From Bifidobacteriaceae bacterium (GTDB taxonomy: Bacteria; Actinomycetota; Actinomycetes; Actinomycetales; WQXJ01), in NCBI GenBank assembly GCA_031268215.1, contig JAIRXP010000030.1:44463-108462 (forward strand): a stretch of DNA of 64,000 nt, given 5' to 3'. The notes under the pieces were generated by a model. It had not been told where the DNA came from. It worked only from the letters and a program-made list of their open reading frames with translations, and ran no database searches. Numbering within the stretch: position 1 is the stretch's first letter; the number at the start of each line of letters is the position of its first letter. The translations under genes were made by a program, and so were the position numbers. Below, piece after piece: positions 1 through 9,810 of this stretch.

Positions 1-380
1 ACGTGAACGCCCTCACCCGTAAGGGCGTTCAGATAGGCCGGCAAGGTCGCCACCAGAGTCTTGCCCTCACCGGTCTTCATCTCCGCGATGTTGCCTTGGT
101 GCAAGGCTGCTCCACCCATGAGCTGGACGTCAAAGTGCCGCTGGCCCAGCGTCCGGCGCGCCGCCTCCCGCACCACAGCGAAGGCCTCCGGCAGGAGGTC
201 ATCCAAGGTCTCCCCCGCTTGGTACCGGTCCTTGAAGCGATCAGTCTCTTCCTTGAGCTCCTCATCCGACATCGCTTCAAAGGCTGGCTCCAGCGCGTTC
301 ACTTGCTGGACTATCCCTTCGAGCCGCCGCAGGGTCCGGCCTTCCCCCATGCGCAGCATCCTGTCCATCAAACCGGCCAC
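1..380 (-). CDS. secA: Preprotein translocase ATPase SecA, N-terminal fragment (gene continues past window start)
   Basis: Own minus-strand translation from GTG 380 (alt ATG 368): [120 protein letters not shown]. This is a canonical SecA N-terminus with MKTGEGKT. It is open-ended, so absent from the ORF track; the + ORF 3..413 is its antisense shadow. Confidence 0.9.
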   Translation of the reverse strand, partial: MAGLMDRMLRMGEGRTLRRLEGIVQQVNALEPAFEAMSDEELKEETDRFKDRYQAGETLDDLLPEAFAVVREAARRTLGQRHFDVQLMGGAALHQGNIAEMKTGEGKTLVATLPAYLNALTGEGVH

Positions 381-534
381 TTGGCCCTCTTTCCTGTAAA
401 ACCGTTGAGTTGACTGCCTTCAATGCTATTGCCCCGGCGCCCACCAGGCGCGCGCCTCAGCCATCAGCCAATGAATCTCCCCAGTTTTACCACTCGCGAC
501 GGCCGGGACGGATCGCCCTGGGTCCCGGGCCGCG

Positions 535-1224
535 TCAGGACGCGGAAGCCTCCAGGCGTAAGACGCCATAGGTCCAGCCGTGGCGGTGATAGAGAACCGA
601 GGGCAGTCCGGATTCGGAGTCCACGAAGAGGAAGAACGGGTGCCCAACCAGCTCCATTTCATAGATGGCCTCTTCGACCTTCATGGGCTTGGCCTGGTGA
701 ATCTTCTCGCGAATGACCACCGGAGAATCAGCCAGAGCCGTTTCCTTGACCGGCGGGGTAGCCCGCTTGGCGGCATTGACCGCCGGACCGTCCTCCACCA
801 ACTCGGCCGCCGCCACGGGCGGAGCCGTTGGCATCAACTCCGCCGGGGCGCCAACCGAGCCGGACTGGCCCGCCAGGAGCGCCTGATCGAAGTCTTGGGC
901 TTGGCGGCGGGTCATCTTGTGCTTTGACTTGCGGCGGTCCTTGGCCCGGCGTTCTTGTTGCATCAGCTTGCCCATGGCAACATCGAAGGCAGAAAACATG
1001 TCGCCCGCTGACGCTTCAGCCCGGATCACTGGGCCCTTGCCACGAACAGTGATCTCAACAGTTTCAGCGGTGTCCGCCTGACGGGGGTTGTTCTCGTGGA
1101 CGACTTCAACCTGCACCAACTGTGCCTGGGAATCGTACTGCGCCACTTTGGCGAGCTTCTGGGTGGCGAATTCCCGGAATCGCTCTGGGACTTCAACATG
1201 ACGGCCGGCTACGACAATATCCAT
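535..1224 (-). CDS. hpf: Ribosome hibernation promoting factor, long form (HPF/RaiA)
   Basis: ORF 535..1311 trimmed to MDIVVAGRHVEVPERFREF (ATG 1224). S30AE-type N-domain plus long-HPF C-terminal dimerisation tail (VGHPFFLFVDSESGLPSVLYHRHGWTYGVLRLE). Conserved comF-hpf-secA order. Confidence 0.85.
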   Translation of the reverse strand: MDIVVAGRHVEVPERFREFATQKLAKVAQYDSQAQLVQVEVVHENNPRQADTAETVEITVRGKGPVIRAEASAGDMFSAFDVAMGKLMQQERRAKDRRKSKHKMTRRQAQDFDQALLAGQSGSVGAPAELMPTAPPVAAAELVEDGPAVNAAKRATPPVKETALADSPVVIREKIHQAKPMKVEEAIYEMELVGHPFFLFVDSESGLPSVLYHRHGWTYGVLRLEASAS

Positions 1225-1307
1225 TTTCCTTGGCCTCCCAATCGGTGTCTGCGGGTGGTAGGGGCTATGCCCTCCTGCCCTCAACGTTAGCTCATTGGGC
1301 TGGGCTG

Positions 1308-2045
1308 TCACCTGGGCGTACGGCCCGTGTTCCGCGAGCCCGCAGGGCTGACCGCTAACACCACGGCGCCGAGGGTTTGGCAGCCCGCCCGCCCCAACGC
1401 CCGTTCCGCGTCAAGCAGAGTCGCGCCGGTAGTCAAGACATCATCCACCAGCAGGCACGGCGCCGGCGGCGGGCGGCGCACGCCAGTGGTACCCTCCCTG
1501 CCCGCCGCCCGCTGCCGCAGCGACCGCCCAGCCTGCTCATGGCTGCCGGCGGCCCGGGACAGCACATCCGCCAGGCCGGCCTTCAGGCCAGCCCCGCTCA
1601 AGGCCTCGGCGACCGCCAAGGCCAATTCAGCCGTACCGCCACCAGGCCGGGAAAAACGCCGAACCAGCCGGGAAGGCACCGGAACTACAGCGATATCAAG
1701 ACTGACTGGCGCCAGCACCCGCACCGCCGCCTCAGCGGTGCGAGCAATTGCCCGCCTCATCTCAAGCTCGAGTTCTCCCCGTCCCTGACGCTTCCAAGCC
1801 ACTATCGCCCGACGAACTTCATCGGCGTACCAGGCCGAACTCCACACTGGGAAGGCTGGCCCCGAGTCGGCGGGAACTAAGCGCGGCGCGCCCGCCTCGC
1901 GCCGCGACACCGGACCAAGCAGCTCCTCGCGGCAGTTCGCGCACAGCGGGCCCGCCAACTCAAGTCCGCACCCAGCGCAGTGGGCGGGCCAGACTAGATC
2001 CGCCGCCGCCCGCAGCGCCCTGCCCGCCGCCGTCGGTTTCGCCAC
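1308..2045 (-). CDS. ComF-family phosphoribosyltransferase-domain protein
   Basis: 245 aa. N-terminal Cys pairs (CAGCG...CANC) and PRTase motif LLVDDVLTTGATL. 4-nt overlap with the untrimmed hpf ORF. Same position as the ComF-like gene of mycobacteria. Confidence 0.75.
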   Translation of the reverse strand: MAKPTAAGRALRAAADLVWPAHCAGCGLELAGPLCANCREELLGPVSRREAGAPRLVPADSGPAFPVWSSAWYADEVRRAIVAWKRQGRGELELEMRRAIARTAEAAVRVLAPVSLDIAVVPVPSRLVRRFSRPGGGTAELALAVAEALSGAGLKAGLADVLSRAAGSHEQAGRSLRQRAAGREGTTGVRRPPPAPCLLVDDVLTTGATLLDAERALGRAGCQTLGAVVLAVSPAGSRNTGRTPR

Positions 2046-2063
2046 GCCATCAATCCCCGTGCC

Positions 2064-3788
2064 TCACGGTGCCAACGCAACGGCTCTGGCACCTGAGGCC
2101 AAGGATGTCCAGACCCGGCCCCGCGGTGCGTAAGCGAACAGCCCGCCGGACCGGCCCGAGACGTAAACATCACTAGCCCCACGCCCAGCGGCCAAGAAAC
2201 CCGGTGGATCAGTCGGCGACTTCAGATATGTGGTGTCTCCCCCGACAGCCAAAATGGCGGGGACCAGCTCACCGGCCTCAGTGGGCGCCGTCAAGAAAGC
2301 CAACGACACGTCATCGGCCCAGCTCAGGCCACCAACCAACTTGCTAGCGTGCCCCGCCCAGGACGGCCCAGTCAGCCGCCACGGAACCGCTCCTTCACTC
2401 CGCACAATCCCGCTGACCAGCAGCTCCACTCCAGCTTCCGATTCCACCGCCAAAGCCAGGCGGGTGCCGTCCCGAGCCGGTGCGAGCGCCACCACCCGCC
2501 GGCCCTCCAACCAAGTGGCTCCCAGCCTCACCGGGGCGCCATCGGAAGGGAAGGCCACCACGGCCGAACCGGCGGCGGCCCAGAGCCAGCCCAACCGGTC
2601 GAAGGCCGGCCCGGCGGTCGCGTCTGGCCCCACCTTGTCCGGCCAGACCAGATCCTTCGCCAGCCCGCTGGCCCTATTAATCACCGACACCCGCCCACCT
2701 TCTAGCCCGGCCATCCGGTCCAGCGTGTGATCAACCGCCAAAGATTCCCAGCCCGCCGCCGCGCCAGTGCCTTCGACCATCTGAGAAGAACCGTCCCGCA
2801 CTCGCCAGACTCCTGAGTCGCCCACGTAGAACGGCCCTTCAATAGCCAAAGGATCAACTTCCAGGCCGGCCGCCTGATTCACCTCCAACGGCACTGACTC
2901 AACTTGCAGCTCAACCGCTTCGACCTTGGGTAAGGCTGTCAATGATGACCGGAGTGAAGCCAGGATCGTAGCCCGGGCTGTCTCGGAGGCCCGCGAAATC
3001 CCACTTGACAGGTTGACCGTGGCCAGGCCATCAGCCACCCTTACAGTGTCCGTCAGCAACCGGGTGCCGGGAGGCACCACCACCTCGACAGCTCCCGTCA
3101 GGTACGGCGGAGGCCCCGCCAGGAACTCCTTGACAGCCGCCGTCGCTGCGCCCGAACGGGCGAACACCCGCAGGTCAGGAACCAGGAACCGGCCATCGGC
3201 GGAGGGGAAATAGATCCGCGTCTCCAGGTAATCGCCGTGAAAGACGTCTTCCGGAATGACAATCCCGTCTGGCAGCGCGGAGATCCGCCACTGCGAATCC
3301 TCGCCCTGACTGAGCGACAAGGTTTCGCCGTGACGGGAGGGCTCTTGCGGCGAGTACCGGCCGGAATGATCGACGCTGCCAACCGTCGTCAAGGTCAGCG
3401 TCACCCGGCCTAGCTGAGGTCCGTTTCCGGCGACGGCGGGGGCCTCACCCGATTGGTAAATGGTGACTGATTCGAGCGGATTCCAGACCGCCGCGGCTTC
3501 CTGCGTCAGATAAGAACGAGCGACTTTGAAATCGTCGGAATTGCCCGCCAACATGGCCTGGAGGAACCCTTGGACTATCTGCTCCAAACTGGCGTCACGG
3601 GCCGGGCCGGCCGCTGCAGCCTGGACATACGGCTCCTCGGGACCCAGGCCCTTGACTCCTTGTTGGACCGGGCCGGACCGGGGTAAAGCCGCACAGCCCG
3701 CACTGGCGGCCAACGTCACCGCACAGATCAAGCCGACGATGCCGCCCACCCACCCACGGCTCCCAGGTCCAGCCATCCACCGACTCAT
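2064..3788 (-). CDS. lpqB: Lipoprotein LpqB (MtrAB-associated)
   Basis: ORF 2064..3944 trimmed to MSRWMAGPGSRGWVGGIVGLICAVTLAASAGC (lipobox ASAGC). ATG 3788 overlaps the mtrB stop (ATGA). ~574 aa. mtrA-mtrB-lpqB operon order. Confidence 0.85.
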   Translation of the reverse strand: MSRWMAGPGSRGWVGGIVGLICAVTLAASAGCAALPRSGPVQQGVKGLGPEEPYVQAAAAGPARDASLEQIVQGFLQAMLAGNSDDFKVARSYLTQEAAAVWNPLESVTIYQSGEAPAVAGNGPQLGRVTLTLTTVGSVDHSGRYSPQEPSRHGETLSLSQGEDSQWRISALPDGIVIPEDVFHGDYLETRIYFPSADGRFLVPDLRVFARSGAATAAVKEFLAGPPPYLTGAVEVVVPPGTRLLTDTVRVADGLATVNLSSGISRASETARATILASLRSSLTALPKVEAVELQVESVPLEVNQAAGLEVDPLAIEGPFYVGDSGVWRVRDGSSQMVEGTGAAAGWESLAVDHTLDRMAGLEGGRVSVINRASGLAKDLVWPDKVGPDATAGPAFDRLGWLWAAAGSAVVAFPSDGAPVRLGATWLEGRRVVALAPARDGTRLALAVESEAGVELLVSGIVRSEGAVPWRLTGPSWAGHASKLVGGLSWADDVSLAFLTAPTEAGELVPAILAVGGDTTYLKSPTDPPGFLAAGRGASDVYVSGRSGGLFAYAPRGRVWTSLASGARAVALAP

Positions 3789-5395
3789 CGCGCCACCGCC
3801 CGGCCGTCTTGAGGCCGGTCCCGTGCCGCCTCCGGCTCCGGTTTCAGTTCCGGTTTCAGTTCCAAGGGCGGTTCGCCAGTGGGTCCCCCCACTTCCCGCG
3901 GAACCACCAGCCGGAAGACCGCGCCAACGCCCTTCGCGCCCCAAGCATCAAGGCGGCCATTATGCAGATTGGTGTCTTCCAAGGCGATCGCGAGGCCCAA
4001 GCCCGTGCCGCCAGTCGAACGCGCCCGGGCCGGATCGGCCCGCCAGAAGCGATCAAAGACCCGCTCGACCTGGTCCGCGCTCAGGCCTACGCCGTTATCT
4101 TCCACTACTATCGCCACCGCCTGGCTGGTCAGCCCCATCCGTACCTCCACCCGGCCGCCCTCGGCGTGCTCAATAGCGTTCACCACCAGATTACGTACGA
4201 TCCGCGACAGGCGCCGCGAATCAACCTCCGCGTAGGCCGGGCGGTCCGGCAAACGGCTGGCCACCGCCACCCCGCCTTCAGTCGCCAAAGGAACCACAGC
4301 GTCAAGCTCCCAGCCCACCAACGACCGCAGGTCAACCCGTTCAGTGTCGAGTTGAGCCGCCCCGGCGTCGAAACGCGAGATTTCAAGCAAGTCAGACAGC
4401 AACGCGTCAAACCGGTCGAGCTGGTTGGCCAGCAATTCGGCCGACCGGGCCACCTCCGGCGGGAAGCGGTCCCGGGCCCCATAGATCAAGTCGCCAGCCA
4501 TCCTGATGGTGGCTAGGGGGGTGCGTAACTCATGCGAGACATCCGAGACGAACCGCCGCTGCAGCTTCGACAAGTCCTCAAGCTGGCCAATATGGCGTTG
4601 CATCGCGGCCGCCATTTCGTTGAACGATGCCGCTAGAGTCGCCATCTCGTCGTGGCCACGCACCGGAATGCGCTCCCCCAAAGCGCCATCCGCCAACTTG
4701 GCCGCCACCTGAGCCGCCTCCCGCACCGGGCGGACCGCCTGATGGGTGACCAGCCAAGTCACCATCACCACGATCACCAGTACGGCCAAGGCCGAAGCGG
4801 CCAAGACCTTGGCGATCAGGCTCATGGTGGCCTGTTCCGGACTCAAGTCATAGACCATGACCAGCACATATGGGGTCGCCATCAGCGTCACCGACTGGGC
4901 GACCGCCACGCCCGGGCTGTTTCCCCCGCCGCTGGCAGGCAAGGCGACCGCCTGCCAGACTTGGCCGCCGCCGTTCCGCGCGGCGGCCCGCAACTCGCTT
5001 GAGGCGACACCCAAGAGCTGCGGATCAGTAAAGATCGCTGAGACGGCGCCCGGCCCAGCGTCATCGGGCGGCAACAACGACACTGCCCTAGCGGAAGACC
5101 CGACAGCGGAAATCTCCCCTACCGTGTCGCGAGCCAAGGTCTCCGCGGTAATCGGCGAACCAACGGAGGACGCGTCAAAGTTATCTTGGGCGGTGGCCGC
5201 GGCACGGGAAGCCTCCCGTAACAAGTCCTCCACCCGGGCATCGATAATCCCCGATCTGACTTGTTCAGTCAGGACAACCCCAACCGCCCCCAGCGCCACC
5301 CCGGAAACCAGCATCACCGTCAGCATGACGCGCGCCCGCAGCGAGCGCCGCATCAACGCCAGCGGCCCCCGCCTCCGCCGAGCGGCTCGGATCAT
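3785..5395 (-). CDS. mtrB: Sensor histidine kinase MtrB
   Basis: 536 aa. Two TM segments, HAMP-like linker, H-box SHELRTPLATIRM, N/G boxes (VVNAIEHA, DNGVGL, GGTGLGLAI). 4-nt overlap with mtrA. Confidence 0.85.
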   Translation of the reverse strand: MIRAARRRRGPLALMRRSLRARVMLTVMLVSGVALGAVGVVLTEQVRSGIIDARVEDLLREASRAAATAQDNFDASSVGSPITAETLARDTVGEISAVGSSARAVSLLPPDDAGPGAVSAIFTDPQLLGVASSELRAAARNGGGQVWQAVALPASGGGNSPGVAVAQSVTLMATPYVLVMVYDLSPEQATMSLIAKVLAASALAVLVIVVMVTWLVTHQAVRPVREAAQVAAKLADGALGERIPVRGHDEMATLAASFNEMAAAMQRHIGQLEDLSKLQRRFVSDVSHELRTPLATIRMAGDLIYGARDRFPPEVARSAELLANQLDRFDALLSDLLEISRFDAGAAQLDTERVDLRSLVGWELDAVVPLATEGGVAVASRLPDRPAYAEVDSRRLSRIVRNLVVNAIEHAEGGRVEVRMGLTSQAVAIVVEDNGVGLSADQVERVFDRFWRADPARARSTGGTGLGLAIALEDTNLHNGRLDAWGAKGVGAVFRLVVPREVGGPTGEPPLELKPELKPEPEAARDRPQDGRAVAR

Positions 5396-6087
5396 CGCGG
5401 GCTGCCTGCCTTGTAGCCGACTCCCCGGATGGTCAGGATGACGACCGGGTTCTCCAGGTCGGATTCGAGCTTTGACCGCAGGCGCTGGACATGGACGTTC
5501 ACCAGCCTGGTGTCCGCGGCGTTCTCATACCCCCAGACCCGTTCTAAGAGCATGTCGCGGCTGAAAACTTGCCAGGGCTTGGACGCCAGGACTTCCAGGA
5601 TGTCGAATTCGAGCGGCGTCAGCGGCACCAATTCACCAGCCTTATGAACCTCGTGGCCGGGAACGTTGATCTCGACATCGCCAATGCGGAGAAAGTCGCC
5701 TTTAGCCGGTCGGTGGGCCGTGGCCGGTGGTTGCCTCAGGCGAGCTTTGATCCGGGCCACTAGTTCCGCCGGTTTGAAGGGTTTGAGGATGTAGTCATCC
5801 GCGCCTACTTCCAGCCCTTGGACGATGTCCTTGGTGTCAGACTTGGCCGTCACCATGATCACTGGCACGCCAGATTCTTTGCGCAACTCGCGGCAGACTT
5901 CTATCCCGTCCATCCCCGGCAGCATCAAATCAAGCAGCACCAAGTCCGGCTGTAGCTGCCTGATCAAAGTCAGGGCCTGAGTACCATCAACGCAGTAATC
6001 GGGCTGATATCCCTCGGACGTCAAGACAATGCCGATCATCTCCGCTAGTGCCACGTCGTCGTCGACCACCATGATTCTGCCCGTCAT
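5392..6087 (-). CDS. mtrA: OmpR-family response regulator MtrA
   Basis: ORF 5392..6195 trimmed to MTGRIMVVDDD (ATG 6087, 231 aa). Receiver domain (LVLLDLMLPGMDG) and winged-helix C-terminus (LTPLEFDILEVL...VHVQRLRSKLE...ILTIRGVGYK). Confidence 0.9.
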   Translation of the reverse strand: MTGRIMVVDDDVALAEMIGIVLTSEGYQPDYCVDGTQALTLIRQLQPDLVLLDLMLPGMDGIEVCRELRKESGVPVIMVTAKSDTKDIVQGLEVGADDYILKPFKPAELVARIKARLRQPPATAHRPAKGDFLRIGDVEINVPGHEVHKAGELVPLTPLEFDILEVLASKPWQVFSRDMLLERVWGYENAADTRLVNVHVQRLRSKLESDLENPVVILTIRGVGYKAGSPR

Positions 6088-6185
6088 CCTCCTATGGTGC
6101 CAGAGGTGGCACCCCTCGCTCACTTCGCCGGGACGGAAGACACTTGCCAGGCCGGCTAGGGCGCCCCGAACGGGCGAAACTCGGC

Positions 6186-8477
6186 TCAACCACACGGGTT
6201 TCTCCTACCTGATCGGCCAGACGGGCCGCCTCCTGTCTTCGTGACCGGCCAGAGCGAACGCGGCGTCAAGGCCGCCCACAGCCGCCGCCACCAACTCAGC
6301 CCGGTCTTGAGTATCTCCCCCACCCCTTTGACCTCTTCCCAGCAGCGGGCGGCATCTGTGCCAGATGCGGCGACGCCGCCAAAGGCGGCCGCGTCGGTCA
6401 GGCCCGCCAGGCGCACAAGCGATGCCTGGGCCCGGGCAGGACCGGCCCGGGCCAGCTCCAACCGGGTAACGCTGGCCGCCGGTAGGCGGACCAATCCCAG
6501 ATCACGCAACTGGTCAACGACCTCCTCCCAGCCGGCCATGATCTTGAGCGCCGGCGTACCCCGGCTGAACCGCCGCCGGCGGCGGCCACCCTTGGCGGCG
6601 GCCACACCGGCCGCCGCTATCATCAACGCCGTTACCAGCGCGGACACCGTAGCCGCGACGACGCTCGCCAGTCCCCAGACCGGCCGGACGCCCGGAGTCA
6701 GCGGTTCACCGGCGCCCACCGGGACCGGGGCCAGATCTTCCTCTGGTGGGAGGGACGCACGGGGCTCGGGCGGCGGCGGCTGGGCCCACTCCGGATTGGG
6801 TTTGGGATCCGGCCGTTGATCGGCTCGCTCTGGCGAATCCTGCCGGTTGGGCGTGGGAAAGAAGCCCACCCAGCCAAGACCATCCAGGTTGACCTCCGTC
6901 CAGGCCGTCATATCGGCTCCCTTGAACGTGTATTCGCCGCCATCGGCGGGGTCCGCCCGCTCGCCGTAGCCAGGAGCGAAACCCATGACTACCCTGGCCG
7001 GCAAGTCCAGCGAGCGGGCCATTACCGCCATGGCTGAAGCGTACTGTTCGGCATCGCCCACCATGAGGCCACCGGTCAGCAGCGTGGAAAGGCGTTCCGC
7101 TCCATGCCCGGCCAGCGCCCCATAACGGCCGGAACCCTGTCCCGGGCCGGTTTGGCCGTCGGAATAGTAGCCGTCCTGAAGGAACCGCTCCAGCGCCAGA
7201 GCCTTGGCGCCCGCCGTGGGAGCCCGGGCCGTCACCGACGCGGCCGTCATGGCCGCTGCCTGGACGTTGGCGCTTGAAGGCGAGACTGCCGGACCCGCTC
7301 CGGCCGCCGCGATGGCCGATTCACCGGGCCGGTATGCGGACCAGACGGTGTCCAAGGAGTATTCGATCCCGTCCGGCGGACTGGGTGGGAGCGCCATGGT
7401 GCCCGTCAGGCTATTAGTCCGGACGGATTCCCGCAGACTCCCGGCCTGGGCTCCCGCCGCGGCGAACTCAATCGCCCGCGGCGAGCCGACCGAATAGAGC
7501 CAGACCGTCTGGCTGTCATGGTCCTGAAGATGAACCGTGGCGGTCTTGCCTTGGGCGGGTCCGGCCACCATCCGCCCAAAATTCCCGGAGCCCTGGTCCT
7601 CGTCGCCTCCCGCGACGTTCCACAAGACACCATCGAAACGGTCCATCACCGCCAGTTTGACCACGCCGCCGGCTGGCAGACCCCGAACCCGCAGCAACGT
7701 CTTGGATTTGAGGCTGGCCTTGAGGTAGCGGCGGTAGCCACTGAGCGGGCTAGGGTAATCGCGCGGATCGAAGGGCGGCGTCAGCCGGTCACGGACCACC
7801 AAACGTTCCCGGGCTGGGCCGGTCCCAGCCACGACTATTCCCGCGCCGGCCCCTACCGCCACGATCACCGCCAGGGCCACCAGGCGCCGCGGCTGGAAGG
7901 CGCGCGAGCGCACCGAGACCCACGCCAACAACCCCAGGCCCATGGCCACGCCCGCGGGCACGGCCAGAACGACTTGCCGCGTACCGAGGATGATCGCCAC
8001 GACGCTCACCGCCAACGGCACCAGTGCCGCCCAGGCGGCCCGGCGGTGCGGCAAGCGGATCGCTAGCGACGCCCCCACCCCCGTCCCAGTGTAGGCAAGC
8101 ACGAACGGCGCCAGTCCAAATCCTCCTCCCGGCAGGACTGGAACCGGCACGGTCAACAACCTCCGCCACACCGTGATCAGGCCGGATGCCAGCCATTGTT
8201 CGCTGGCCAACGTTGGCAGCAGTCGCCAGGCCGCCAGCTCCGGGACGGCCAGCGCGGGTCCCACAACTAGGTAGGCGCAGACCGCCACAGCCAGCGTCGG
8301 AAGTGGAGCCAACCCACGCCGCGCGGCCAGCACCGCCACCGCTCCGCCCAGGCATAGGCCCCCCAGAACCGCCCGGATGAGGCCCGGCCATGTGAACACC
8401 GGGGCTAGCGGAGCCAACGCGACCGCGACCAGCGCGGCGATGGCTGCGGCGTGGGTCAGCCGTCCAGCGCTAGTCAT
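6186..8477 (-). CDS. Polytopic membrane protein with extracytoplasmic transglutaminase-like domain; catalytic triad apparently absent
   Basis: ORF 6186..8537; likely start ATG 8477 (MTSAGRLTHAAAIAALVAVALAPL) forms an ATGA overlap with the DUF58 stop. About 6 N-terminal TM helices. Transglutaminase-core-like stretch VGDAEQYASAMAVMARSLDLPARVVMGF...MTAWTEVNLDGLGWVGFFPTP. One more TM near the C-terminus. Confidence 0.75.
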   Translation of the reverse strand: MTSAGRLTHAAAIAALVAVALAPLAPVFTWPGLIRAVLGGLCLGGAVAVLAARRGLAPLPTLAVAVCAYLVVGPALAVPELAAWRLLPTLASEQWLASGLITVWRRLLTVPVPVLPGGGFGLAPFVLAYTGTGVGASLAIRLPHRRAAWAALVPLAVSVVAIILGTRQVVLAVPAGVAMGLGLLAWVSVRSRAFQPRRLVALAVIVAVGAGAGIVVAGTGPARERLVVRDRLTPPFDPRDYPSPLSGYRRYLKASLKSKTLLRVRGLPAGGVVKLAVMDRFDGVLWNVAGGDEDQGSGNFGRMVAGPAQGKTATVHLQDHDSQTVWLYSVGSPRAIEFAAAGAQAGSLRESVRTNSLTGTMALPPSPPDGIEYSLDTVWSAYRPGESAIAAAGAGPAVSPSSANVQAAAMTAASVTARAPTAGAKALALERFLQDGYYSDGQTGPGQGSGRYGALAGHGAERLSTLLTGGLMVGDAEQYASAMAVMARSLDLPARVVMGFAPGYGERADPADGGEYTFKGADMTAWTEVNLDGLGWVGFFPTPNRQDSPERADQRPDPKPNPEWAQPPPPEPRASLPPEEDLAPVPVGAGEPLTPGVRPVWGLASVVAATVSALVTALMIAAAGVAAAKGGRRRRRFSRGTPALKIMAGWEEVVDQLRDLGLVRLPAASVTRLELARAGPARAQASLVRLAGLTDAAAFGGVAASGTDAARCWEEVKGVGEILKTGLSWWRRLWAALTPRSLWPVTKTGGGPSGRSGRRNPCG

Positions 8478-9808
8478 GGCGCTGTCAGCTTCGCCATTGT
8501 CTGCGGCAGGTCCTCCAGGCGTCCGATCCTGGCCCATTTTGCGCGGCCGGCCCGGCCCGTATCGGCAACCCGGACGGAGCGGCTGGCGCCGCCGGCGCGG
8601 ACGGTCCGGCCACTGCGGACGCCCGCCGCTTCCCAGCTAGTGTCGCAACGCAGTGCCACAACTGAGGCATCAGGTGGCAGGTACTGGGCGATCCGCCGCA
8701 GGTCATCTTCCGCCAGGCGGCCGCCGGTGACGAGGATCGCATGGTTCGAGCTCGGTGCCTCGCGGCGGGCGCGTGCGGCCGCGCCCGCCAAGGTGCCAGA
8801 TCCGCTCGACCCGCTGGGTCCGCTGAGGCCGGCGGGGCCGCGCGACCTGGAGAGACCGGAGAGACCGGAGGGAGTGGAGGGACTGGAGGGACCGCCAAGG
8901 ACGAGGGCGGCCGCCTGATCAAGCAACCGGCCGCGGGCCACCTGGCCAGGGCCGAGCACGACCTGACCATCCATCACCGCCAAGTCGCCGGATTCACCCA
9001 ACTGAGACAAGCCAACCGAAGCGAAGACGGAAACGGCCAGTTCAAAGTCCCGCGCCCCGCCGTACTCCTCGCGCGCCGCTGAGATGATCAAGACCACCCG
9101 CACCCGCCGAATGTCTTCCGATTCGCGTACCATGATCTGACCCAACCGGGCCGAGGAACGCCAATGGACTGAACGAATGTCATCTCCGGGCTGATATTCG
9201 CGCAGGGCATGGAAGGATAATCCGGTCTGGGCCGCTTGGCCAGTTGGCCTGCCTTCGACATCCCGGATCAACCCTGGCGCACCGACTACCACCCGCGCCG
9301 TACGCGGGTAAACGGCCACCACGCTGGGGGCGCCCCAGTCCCAAGTCCGCAGCGCCAGGCCAAAAGGATCACCCCGGAATGCCTTGGGCGGCCCGATCCG
9401 CAACAGGCCCCGCGCGGTGGCCGGCACAGTCAGATCAACCAGCACTTCGCGCCCAGGGGCCAAAGCCCGCACCCGAACCGGCACCAGGCGGGCACCAATC
9501 GGCAGCATCAATCCGCGCGGCCGGACCCGGCGCCGGCCCAGGTTGACGATCCGCAGCCGCACGCCCAAGCTGCCGCCCGCCTCAACGCGCTGGCGGTCGG
9601 TTTCCAGAGCGACGGCCAGCCGGGGCCGTCCCAGGGTGCTCACCGAGCCAGCCAGAAAAGTCGCCGTCGCGCAACCGCCGGGTACGGCCAGTTCCGGCCA
9701 GCCCAACCACCAGCCAACGGCCAGCCCACTCAGCCCCAAGGCCAGCGCGGCCCAGCCCCACGGCCGGACACCACCCGCCGCCCGAGCGGAAGATTCGCCC
9801 GCCACCAT
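8474..9808 (-). CDS. DUF58-domain protein (MoxR partner)
   Basis: 444 aa. Two N-terminal TM helices. DUF58 signature region LREYQPGDDIRSVHWRSSARLGQIMVRE. ATGA overlaps with moxR (9808-9811) and the downstream gene (8474-8477). Contains a Ser/Gly/Pro low-complexity insert (GGPSSPSTPSGLSGLSRSRGPAGLSGPSGSSGSG). Confidence 0.75.
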   Translation of the reverse strand: MVAGESSARAAGGVRPWGWAALALGLSGLAVGWWLGWPELAVPGGCATATFLAGSVSTLGRPRLAVALETDRQRVEAGGSLGVRLRIVNLGRRRVRPRGLMLPIGARLVPVRVRALAPGREVLVDLTVPATARGLLRIGPPKAFRGDPFGLALRTWDWGAPSVVAVYPRTARVVVGAPGLIRDVEGRPTGQAAQTGLSFHALREYQPGDDIRSVHWRSSARLGQIMVRESEDIRRVRVVLIISAAREEYGGARDFELAVSVFASVGLSQLGESGDLAVMDGQVVLGPGQVARGRLLDQAAALVLGGPSSPSTPSGLSGLSRSRGPAGLSGPSGSSGSGTLAGAAARARREAPSSNHAILVTGGRLAEDDLRRIAQYLPPDASVVALRCDTSWEAAGVRSGRTVRAGGASRSVRVADTGRAGRAKWARIGRLEDLPQTMAKLTAP

Positions 9809-9810
9809 TG

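Noticed and set aside
3-413. 136-aa + strand ORF at the window start
   Set aside because: It is the antisense shadow of the secA 5' end. The minus-strand translation is an unmistakable SecA N-terminus, while the + strand product is Arg/His/Leu-rich with no motif.
5392-6195. N-terminal extensions of track ORFs (mtrA to 6195, lpqB to 3944, moxR to 10914, cydA to 53626, hpf to 1311, ogt to 22445, rne from 56489, hmuT to 49637)
   Set aside because: The upstream-most ATG adds non-conserved Arg/Pro-rich leaders, overlaps neighbouring genes or operators, and gives atypical lengths. Internal starts restore canonical N-termini and ATGA coupling. The exact starts remain predictions.
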